From Octopus sinensis (taxonomy: Eukaryota), in contig NC_042999.1 in the NCBI RefSeq assembly GCF_006345805.1, positions 46,562,001 to 46,626,000 of the forward strand: a DNA stretch of 64,000 bases. Reading direction: 5' to 3'. This document shows positions 51,846 through 64,000 of this stretch, one piece after another. Numbering within the stretch: the first letter of the stretch is position 1; each line of letters begins with the position of its first letter. A program made the translations under genes and the position numbers. The notes under the pieces were generated by a model. That model was not told the origin of the DNA. It saw only the letters and a list, made by a program, of their open reading frames with translations, and did no database searches.

Positions 51846-53428
51846 ATCACATGATTTCGACCTTCTTTGGTCTTGCCAATGATGGACGCTTGACTGCTAG
51901 AGATAGCAGCGACTCATCTCAACGCCAGTGATATACAGAATAACAGTTCCAGAAAAGGCACTGGTGTCACGATTAGCCAGTAAGCTTGTTAAAAAAAAAC
52001 ACAGTGAACTTGTTAAAAACTGAACATCTATGCTTACGTGGGTATAGATATTATAAAAATCCTGTTATTAGTACTGTCACTATCGCTAATATATTCTTTT
52101 TCATCTGAGAAGAAGTTAAAACTTTTAACGCGGCGGCCATAAAATATGCCAACTAGATATAATTATTTGTTTGGGTAAAAAGCGTATTACACATTGGCAG
52201 ATATTATTCTTAAAGTTTTGTAATTTACGTTAGGCATGTCTAGCATGTTATCCTCTTATAAGATATCCATAGCCAAGCATAGACAATCTTATTTGCCAAA
52301 GTAGTGAATGGAGAAATCAATAAATATCTCAGTATACTAAATATGCCTTTGCAAGCGCCGTCGAATTGGAAAGTAAGAAGCTAATGAAAGATGGACAGCA
52401 ACATAAAAATTAGGAAATATATTTACTCTCATCGATCTGATGATTAGGTTAAAAGAGAAGAAACAGATTAATAATAGTCTAGGTGGACTATTAATCCAAT
52501 TGGGAGGGAAACATATGTGTTTAAGTTGTTAGCACATTACAAAAATCCATCTCAGTGAAATGAAAGCTTAAATAGAATATCACTGGCATATTTTACTGTG
52601 AGAATAGACTTATATAGTTTTTTTTATTAGAATGTCCCAAAGGAGATGAGAAGAAGCTTTTTGAGATAGGGACAATGAAGAAGGTGAAATTAAGACGAAA
52701 GGAATACATTTATATTTGATTAGAAGAGCTTTGGACATCAGAAGTACGAAAACGATGAGATGGAAGATAGTTTCAAAGTCTGCCATTTCGAAGAAAATAG
52801 CTACGACTGTAGAAATATTTCCGTATTCGTGGAAGTACAACAGCATTCTGAAGTACAACAGCATTTCAAGTTAGGCAAGATGGCACAATGTGATCTGAAA
52901 CCAAGAGAGGAAGTTCATCAGAGTACTTCCTTTGCAATAAGCATAGCAAGAAAAAAAAACAAAACAAAGAATATGGACGTCACATCGATGTGACAAGTGT
53001 TGCAGAGTTGATGCAAGGGAGGGACCAATCAAATTGGTGACTCGCTTCTCAATCCAGTCAAGTAGTTCGATTCAAATTACACAATGGTACACATGTCCAA
53101 ATATGACAACAGTATTCCATACAAGGAAGGCTTGGATGTGAAATAGTCCTGTGACCTAAACAATGACCCAACCTATTTCTTTCACATATTTTATTTCAAA
53201 ATAATACATTTATGTAAAAATTTCTATCCCTGAAAGTATTAAATATATAAGAGCAAAAGATATTTCACTTCAGATGCATGTTAGAATAATATTAAAAAAA
53301 AAAAGAAACCCAAAAATAAAAACAAAAGAAAACAAAGGAAATAAAATCAGCGGCCGTACGCCGAACTGTTTCTAATTCACAAGATAAGATAAATTTCTAA
53401 AATCTTTTCTTTGAATATGATTCCTTAA

Positions 53429-53472
<44 letters not shown>

Positions 53473-53479
53473 TATATAT

Positions 53480-53527
<48 letters not shown>

Positions 53528-54633
53528 TGTATAATGTTTTATAAGACTATTTCGACAGAAGAACGACAAAAGAAGAAAGAAAATAACAAGAAGTAATATA
53601 AACAATCACAGAATCAGGATACTAATCTCTTCCCTTAAATCTACACATTTTTCGCTTCTTTTCACTGCAGTATTTGTGTTGCGTACATACATACCGACAC
53701 AAGAACAGCTGTACGCATAAACACACACAGTCGCGCATACACATGCACGTGCGCACACACAAACACATAAACACACACACACATTCATAGCACATGCACA
53801 CACAAACATTGTGAGCAATCTGTTATGTACGCATACAGTGTACATACATGTGTACATACTCACACAGACTCACGCACATTCACACGCACATGTATGAGTA
53901 TGAATTGGTGTTTCCGAGCGATTGTACGCGTGATCATGTGTATGTAAAAATGCTTGTTTCTATACGTACGAATATATAAATACATACACATATACACACA
54001 CGTACACCAACCCTCAAACGAACACACACATAGAAACAAACAGACACTCGCCAGCCCACACATATACAGAAACACCCATAAACGAGTGGACACACTCAAC
54101 ACCTACACGCACACTCCTAAGAATAAAATCGTATATACGTAGAATAAATTAGGTGTATTAGGTGCACAGAAATTTGTATGTTTCTGCTTACAAGTTAAAC
54201 GGTTATATTTCAAATAATAATACTTATGCACAAGAATACACACGCAGAGAGCACACGCATGAATACTGACAGACACATGCATGCATACTCGGCGTATGTA
54301 CTGGCGTATCTGTGTTCTAGTGTATAGTACAGAAAATATTTTCTTCCTGTACTCAACATCTACTTCGACACACGTGCATCATATATATGTATACATGCAA
54401 GCAAAAATATGCATAAACATCCACCCATATATTTATATATATATATACATACATACATTCATATGTATATATATATGTATACATATATATGTACATATAT
54501 GCATATATGTTACACATATATGTAAATATTTTACATTGTATATATATATATATTATATATATATATATTATATATATATATATGTGTACATATATGCATA
54601 TATGTTACACATATATGTAAATATTTTATATGT

Positions 54634-54679
<46 letters not shown>

Positions 54680-54969
54680 TATATTATTTATGTTAATGTA
54701 TATACATGCACACACACACATTATTAACACGCATGCGCGCGCACACACGTACATATATATAAATAAAAAAGAATGCATATACATTTATAATCATATATAT
54801 TATGTAATTCTTCTTATACAATTCTGTATAAACAAATACATATGCGATATCAGAGATCGATTTGAAAGGAAAAGAAGCTTTTATTTTCTATGGAAATTTT
54901 GCAAAACTTATTTTAATACTCTCTTCAGAACAAAGTACTCCCGTGCACTCTTCGTCTACTGTAGTTTAC

Positions 54970-55055
<86 letters not shown>

Positions 55056-55100
55056 CAATATATTAGATATATCTATCTGTATATATATATATATGAGTGT

Positions 55101-55158
55101 ATTCCACTGATGAAGGCAGAGCATCTTTTATGGAAAGCCAGAAATCCGGGAATGGAAT
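55101..55158 (+). ncRNA. Type I hammerhead ribozyme-like motif
   Basis: AUUCCA-CUGAUGA-a-GGC...GCC-a-GAAA-uccggg-aa-UGGAAU. Perfect 6-bp stem I and core boxes. The cleavage triplet is mutated. Starts just after (TA)n. Confidence 0.6.
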
Positions 55159-55316
55159 TATCCAATAATTTATTTGCTAGTTTATTTTGTCTCTTTGTTT
55201 TCTCTCCTAGTGCTATATGAACATTTAATATGGTTTTAGAGTCAAGTTTCTACTGCTATTTTCAGCGTAGTGGTATCTCTTAGATACCCTAAATTATAAT
55301 TATATAAATATATACT

Positions 55317-55347
<31 letters not shown>

Positions 55348-56843
55348 TTGCAACAAAGATCCCTAAATTCCTGCTTTATTAAAACGATCTCTGTTGCTAG
55401 ATGTATCATAAGTACGAAACAACAGTTATAAGCATTCTGCGCCTGAGAAGAGGAGATTATCTCAAGAAGCAAAGAGTCTGCAAAGTTGACATGCCATTAA
55501 AGAAAGAGGCAGTCCTATTGTTCGGACAGAAAAGGATTGTCGTGGACATATGTGTCTTGTTCAATAGTCTTCATCAGCATGACAGTTGTTCAACCTAATC
55601 TCCAGCTGCCCCTCTTAAAGCTGAAGGCAGTTTAAACTGTCGATCTTCCGTGAGACACTTTTGCAACGTTTACAGATGCTAGTCAAGTGCAGGATAGTGT
55701 ACAACTTGTTCTGATGCAATTGGAGAAACATTTCTCATTAACTTTCCAACGAAGCGGTATATTTCACTACTAATTGCTTATTCTGGGATCGCGACATGCC
55801 ATCAAATATGGTAGTCAATGCTACAATGCCTTTCAGTTGTAACTAACTTTGTGGTGAATGGAAATGGAGCATTCAATATCAGCAGAGAATATTGTATAGA
55901 ATCTAAGACGAGGAATGTTTCTTTGAGATGAATGAAGAAATTTTTAAAAAATGGCGACAAATATCTCTGAGTAGATCACTGTAACGTATCCATGGAAGCA
56001 AAAATCACAACGAAGAGACATTTCAGGTTTGAATTATGATATCTAACATAAACAGTCTGTTGGCTAAGGGAGTAGATAAATACAAACATTAGAACTCATT
56101 TCCAGTTTTAAAAGAAAAGCGAGTTTTTGAGGAAAAGAACATTATTAGATACAAAAATCAAAATGTAGACAATATCAAAATTTATCTTTGTAATAGCTAC
56201 CGAGTAAAGAGCACTGAGGTATTTCTACTCGAAAATTTCCTGACCGACTCTTGCAAAGTATTTCCAAATTCACTGTAATTTCCAGAAGTTAAAACCTATT
56301 GAATAAATTACGATCCATCATAACAGTTCAATTGAACAATACTGGCGAGTAAAAATTCCAAGTCATATATAATTGGGTATATGGATTTCGATTGTGGCAA
56401 CAACTGCATTCCGAGAATGTCAATATATTCTTACCAATATACCCTTTCAGTTCAACATATTGCAAGACCCCACATACTATAGCAATTAAGAAATGCTCTT
56501 CTATCGGGGACAGCTACATTTTGGATGTTGTGTTGGAAACAAGAGCAAAGTTTATGTCAGTGTTCAACGAGAGAGAAAAACTAAGAACGTTGCTTACCAT
56601 GAAGCCATTTGCTGAAAACGTTTTCTCTAAGATCTGTAGTATAATATTCCTTTAAGATAGATTTGGATAAAATTCCTTGACGATACATCAAAGTATTCTA
56701 CTTTCCGATCATATAATGTTAGAACAAGGCTACTGAACTTCATCAACTGGGAATCAGAATCGCTCACGTCTCTATGATAATCCAGTTCTACACAAGTAAT
56801 ATGAAAGCTTATATAAAACAGTAGTATTATATGCTATTATATA

Positions 56844-56893
<50 letters not shown>

Positions 56894-57056
56894 TATGTAT
56901 ACACACACGCACGAGCAAGAAATGTAGATATATATGATTATAGATATCTATCTATCTGTCTGGTTATATATCTATCTCTATACACACACACACACACATA
57001 TATATATATATGTGTGTGTGCATGCATATATATATATATATGCATACATATATATA

Positions 57057-57089
<33 letters not shown>

Positions 57090-57826
57090 ATATAAAATAT
57101 ACCTGTATGGTTTTCTCGATGTGTATACGCCAATGCATGTTTTAGGTGTGCATAAGAATGATGCAATCACGAATGCGTGAAAATGATTATTTAGTATCTG
57201 TATATACGAAATTATATTCGTATAATATTCCTTTAAGAGAGATCAAAGTATTTTACTTAGCGATCTTTTTATGATGGAATAAGGACTGTTCTTTAGAAAT
57301 TATATTACTTTGATACGTCATGTGGAACCGTACTTGACGTTATTCTTTAGTTTACACTTTCAAGCTACACAAAAAGTCCAGTCCCACTGGCCTTTCATTG
57401 AAAGTCTATAATTCTTTATTACATAGTCATGTAGACTTGTATATCTTAGTAAGAAGGAAACAGAAAATGTTGATGTACATCAATTTCTCAGGGCTACAGA
57501 GCTTTTTCATCTGAGAGTTAAAAACCGACCTCGTCTTAGTTCAATGGTGATGTAACACTACACAATTACATTAGTTATTTTATTTATTACTTTGAAAAGT
57601 GGCAATAAATATTTTAGTCCTCTCTCTATTCGACGCAGTGAAAACAACTTAAACATATATATATATATTGGGTATTTATATATGTGTGCGTATGTATATC
57701 GATGTATATTCACGGGGAGAAATCGGTATATATAACAAAGTGAAACAGGTCAAGTCAGGAAGCATCTTTAGAAGACCTCTGCATTTCCAAAGCCACTTCC
57801 CTCTCTCTCTCACTCTCTCTCTGCCC

Positions 57827-57884
<58 letters not shown>

Positions 57885-57885
57885 C

Positions 57886-58720
57886 CTAGCTGACGTACCC
57901 GGTAATTCCCGGGAAACTGGGGCTTATCCCTTTGTTTCGTTCTCATCATTGTTTTGCTAATCCAATAACGACAATACAAAGAATGTAACCCTTAAAAATA
58001 CCGAACTGTCTTACACCGGACCTTGGTTTTAGGAATTCCAAATAAGTTATGAATACCCAAATTGTGAAGTCAGTTATGTAATAACATAAAATTAGTTACC
58101 CGATAGTAGGAATTGAAATAAAGTAGTCCCGAAAAGGGCTTTAATAGTTCCCAGAGTATATAGATCATAGGAAGAAATACTAATAAGATATGTATACTAA
58201 AATCGTGAAGAATGTTACGTAATAACAGGGTAATCAGATATGAGATAACAATTCAAAGTAAATAGCTCTGAAAAGTGCCTTTGTGCGTTCCCAGGGAATA
58301 TTACCCCCAGCGGCGCTAGTGTTGGTATATTCGTGAATAAGTCACTAACCGAAATATGTGGATCTATTGTTTAGGAAACTGCTATTTACTTGATTAAAGG
58401 TTCTAGTGGATAAATTGCAAAAATAACTCTAACAGTTCAAATGCTAAGAAATAAACATAGTCAATTTCATTTTTACCAATTAATTTAGGAAAATGAATGG
58501 ATTATTTCCCTTGCTTTCTAAAATAATATATATTAGATATATATAGGGATCCATTCTAGCCCTATTATTGATTTTTTGCAACAATCTGAATATGCCATGA
58601 TGTTTTCAAACATGAGTTCTACTAACGTGTCAAGTTTCATCAAAATCAATAAAACGATGTAGGAGAGGTTAGCTGACAACTCCACAAACACACTCACAGA
58701 CAGAATTTCCCGCATATGCA
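57886..58720 (-). mobile_element. Non-autonomous Helitron-like element (family H3)
   Basis: Plus strand CTAG (57886-57889) next to hairpin CCCGG-taattc-CCGGG. The far end on the minus strand reads ttctgtctgtgagtgtgtttg, like H1/H2. Sits in (TA)n. Confidence 0.65.
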
Positions 58721-58799
58721 ATATATATATATACAGGGAAGAGATTTGAAAATGCAGAAGTCTTTTAAAGATGTTTATTGACTTGACCGGTTTCACTTT

Positions 58800-59509
58800 T
58801 TTAAAAGAAGATTTTCAAAAGTAAAATAGTAAAATGTAAGGCTTTGTGTAGCCTTTGTTGTGTTAAAAATGATTGTCATAGATGTATTAAAATACAGTGA
58901 TACAGTCTTTGTCAACGATAAGAAAATGTTAAGAGGGGCTTTGTGTTTAAACAGGTTACATAAAAGTATTCAAAATATGTAGCAAAATAAATTGGTCTTT
59001 GATGTAACCGTCTCCAAACCAATTTATCTCTGATATACTGATAATATTTGTATTAAGGGTGACAACTTCCTCGATTACTTTATCTCCCTTTCCTTCCCTA
59101 TTCAGAGTACTGACATTCCACATGCCTATTCTAAGTTTCATCTGGCATAATTTCAGATATGCTTTCCCAGCTGATCATTCTGCTGGATTTGAGCCAACTT
59201 TGGTTTTATGGCCATGCTCACTTCCTTGCTGAGGTGTCTCTTCCTTATAATCTTCAACAAGGTCATCCACAACGATCCCACATATCTTCAGTGTTACTGA
59301 TTGTTTCTATTTGGATTTTATTGGCATTTCTTTTTGGTAGTACGTAATAGGGCTAGAATGCTTTTCCCGATGATAGGCTGATATCATTTTCGTGACTCTC
59401 CGTCTCTTTTGTCTTATCCCCAACACCAATTCTACGTCTTCAAGTCCATTCCCCAGCTTGGCTATTCTGCACTCACCAGCGTTGAAGCTTTCGTGTAATT
59501 AAGGCGAGC
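58800..59509 (-). mobile_element. 5' portion of an RTE LINE (5'UTR plus APE endonuclease N-terminus), decayed
   Basis: MKLRIGMWNVSTLNREGK...IISISEINWFGDG (cf. RTE IGTWNVRTL...GISEVRW.G.G). Confidence 0.75.
59423..59509 (-). ncRNA. Degenerate HDV-like ribozyme at the RTE 5' end
   Basis: P1 GCUCGCC/GGUGAGU (G1-U wobble), P2 ACACGAA/UUGGUGU, P3 AGC/GCU with loop UUCAAC, all in HDV order. P1.1 and the catalytic C look mutated. Confidence 0.55.
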
Positions 59510-59885
59510 TATTCCTAACCTCAGGCTTAACCATTGGGTTCATTCACATACTTTAGCTGGTCAGTGGAAACTAGGAACCAAGTCGTGGTCATTGCCGCAA
59601 ACGACAACATCCGTGGGGCAATAAATGAACCAGATGGAGAGATGGAAGCCAAATAGTGTTCCGGCCAACGTTGGAAGGTAAGCGAGTGACTCTCTTTGTG
59701 CGATACCGTGAGCTTTTGTAACCTCGTCTTCCTAGGTATGTATTTATGTATGTATGTATGTATGTATGTATGTATGTATGTATGTATGTATTTATGTATG
59801 TATGTATGTGTATGTATGTATGTATGCATGTATGTATGTGTGTGTGTGTGTGTGGTATGTGTGTATAGATAGTTAGTTAGATAGT

Positions 59886-59930
<45 letters not shown>

Positions 59931-60468
59931 CGTTCGCAGGATAGACGGCTGCAGAGAGAGAAATAGAGAATCAGAGGCATAAAACATAGAGATAGATAGA
60001 TAAACAGATAGATAGAGATGTCTTTACATATATCGGTATACCAATATATATGGATTTGTGTTTGTATTTGCATGAATACTATGTAAATGTATTCGCATGT
60101 ATGTGAATGTAAATGTGTATATGCGTTAATAAGTATAAATATTTATGTTTGTATTATGCAAAATTATATATACCAATGTTTGTGTGTATATGTCTGTTCA
60201 TGTGTGCGTGCATAAGTATGTATGTGTATGTGTGTGTGTGTGAGTGTGCGCGCGCGTGTATAAACTTCTAGATATTAAAATAAAAGACGATTGAATAGGT
60301 TTTACTGAAGAATGATAGTTATGAATATTTACAACCAGAAGGTCGACAGTGGGTTGTAAAACTTAAGAAGTGTGTGTATATATATATATACATACTTTCA
60401 TATAAATATCCATATATATATATATATATATGTATAATATATACATATATATATATATATAATATATA

Positions 60469-60530
<62 letters not shown>

Positions 60531-60550
60531 TTATGTATGTATGTATTTAT

Positions 60551-61844
<1,294 letters not shown>

Positions 61845-61904
61845 TATATATATATATATTTATATATATATATAATATATATATATGTACATATATACAT
61901 ATAT

Positions 61905-64000
61905 AAGGAGGAAAAGGCAAAACAATCAAAGCTGAAACTCCAACCCACCACACAAACAGCAGAGAACCCCATGGAGGATCCAATGCCACCCAGTACACTT
62001 CAGGAAAGAAGAAATCTGGAAGGCACCGAAGAACCTGTAAATTCTACCAGCGGGGCAAATGTTGGCAAGGGGAGGACGGCAAGAACTGCCGGTTCGCTCA
62101 CCCGACACCTCGGCAGAACTTCAGGGGACTCAAAGAGAAGAGCTTTACTGAGGGAAGACAAGAAATGCCTTCCAGGAAAACAATCAGAAAAGAAGTGTGC
62201 TCCGCAGGTGTTCTGCGCAACGCAGTAGCTTAGCAACAGTCTTTTTTGTACATGGCGCAAAGGATTGTCAAGCAGCTAACCTAGCTGCACAAGGCACAGA
62301 GAAGGAACCCTGCCCACCACTATGTAAGACCACCACAGTCAACAGACACGGGATTGCCTCCCCTAACGCCTGCACAGCCGTCACCCCAATACGTTTACTA
62401 AATATTGGGGGCCTGTTGCATCAAAATAGAAACAAAATTTCTTTCCTCAGAGATCTTACTGCATGCCATCAAGCCCTATGCATAGCACTCGTGGAAACTC
62501 ACCTCAGCCCTGATATAAAGGACGCAGAAGTACACATACCAAACTATGCCATACTGCGAACAGACAGAAGGGAAAGGAGCCATGATGGAGTTGCTGTATA
62601 CATCCGAGATGACCTCACACCCCAGGTCTTAAAGACATAAACAAATTCGGTATGTGACACTTCAATTGTATACATAAGACAATATAATATAGTCATATGC
62701 AATACATATTGCCCACCGGATGCTCCAAATCACATAGGCAAGTTTGAAGATTGCCTCACAAGAATTAAAGAAATCCTCATGAATCTGGAATACCACGTGA
62801 CCATATATCTTATGGGTGATTTCAACTTCCCCAACGTCAAATGGCCCGAAGGCCTCATACTCTCAGGAATGAATCATTGCAAGCAAGTACAGGTGGAGTC
62901 CCTGCTCAACCTCACCAATGCCTTATTCATGGAGCAAGTTGTACTCAAACCAACTAGGGCGAATAACATTCTGGATCTCTGCTTCACGAAGAATATGGAC
63001 ATCATTCATGATGTGAAAGTGACACCGACATCAGCTTCGGATCACAACATAATAGAGCTGCCTATGTTTGGGCCGAAAGTAACTAGAGACATACAGCCTA
63101 AAGGAAGCACCCGAAATCTCTCCAATCTGAACTTCCACAGAGCAGATTGGAAATCGATCCAAAAAGAGATCCTCTGAGAGGACTGGCCGGAATGTCTCTC
63201 CACACCAGACATTGACATGAAACTAGAATGTTTCATGTCTTCTGTGCAAGCCGTATGACAGAAATATGTCCCAGAGCACAAGGCCAAAACAAATAGGAGC
63301 AAGATTCCAAGAGACAGGAAGATCCTCATGAGACGACGGACGAAGGTTGCAAATCGTCTCAACCAACATCCCAAAAGTAGCGAGCGTCCCGCCTAAAAAC
63401 AACACTGATGGAGATCGAAAAAAGGCTGCAACAATCCTATGTGAGAGAGAAAGCAGACAAAGAAGCCTGGGTTATAAAAAACATTAAATCAAACCCAAAG
63501 GCCTTCTTTCATTACGCGAAAGAAACAGTCTCAGTACATTACAAGATAGGACCCCTCCTGCAAAAGGGTGGCTCCCTCACAGACACTCCAACCAAGATCA
63601 GTGAGATGCTGAATGACCAGTTCAAAAGTGTCTTTACCACCCCGTTGGAACACAGTCACGTGAACGAACCAGCGGACTTTTTTGCCGCCTCACCTATAAC
63701 CAGCGAGGCGGTTACAATAGAATGTATTGACATTAGCGAAGAAGATGTCCTACTAGCCATAGATGAAGTGGACACTTAACTACATTATATTTTGCTTGTT
63801 TCAGTCATTGGACAGCGCTCATTCTGGAGCACCACACTATACTTATTTTTCCTAGCAATCCTCCTCAAAGCGTGTAAGCATGCTCTGGCAAAACCCCTCA
63901 AGATTCTCTTCCCGAGCATTCTTACAAATGGCAAACTGCCAAGCAAGCTGAAGGAGGGAATAATATGCCCAATACATAAAGTAGAGCAGATGCCAAAAAC
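61905..64000 (+). mobile_element. CR1-group LINE: ORF1 3' part (CCCH finger), APE endonuclease and linker. Inactivated, runs off the window
   Basis: CKFYQRGKCWQGEDGKNCRFAHP, LLNIGGL, IALVETHL, RTDR..RSHDGVAVYIR, MGDFNFPNVKW, PTRANNILDL, SDHNII, IKSNPKAFFHY. Multiple stops. A SINE B tail fragment is inserted at ~63785-63840. Confidence 0.9.

Noticed and set aside
52610-53060. Purine-rich stretch with 77-84 aa ORFs as a possible host exon
   Set aside because: No recognisable domain or convincing splice and frame support. More likely a decayed LINE 3' end.

Overview
AT-rich, microsatellite-saturated ((TA)n, (CA)n, (TATC)n, (TATG)n, (AAT)n, (GAA)n) animal genomic DNA. The SINE, LINE and microsatellite make-up suggests an octopus (coleoid cephalopod) genome, which is an inference from repeat content only. 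I cannot support any host protein-coding exon, and most ORFs in the track are microsatellite read-throughs. The window is a graveyard of mobile elements: five non-autonomous Helitron-like elements, several RTE LINE remnants (one ~2.9 kb), a CR1-group LINE at the right edge, a gag/zinc-knuckle ORF1-only retroelement, a Naiad-type Penelope remnant, mariner/Tc1/Merlin DNA transposon relics and four tRNA-derived SINE families. The most interesting unannotated layer is RNA-structural: at least seven hammerhead-ribozyme-like motifs in short (TA)n-anchored Penelope-derived or retrozyme-like repeats, a degenerate HDV-like ribozyme at the 5' end of an RTE, and recurrent fold-back palindromes and inverted repeats tied to (TA)n tracts. 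All calls are by-eye reading. No alignment, folding or database search was run.
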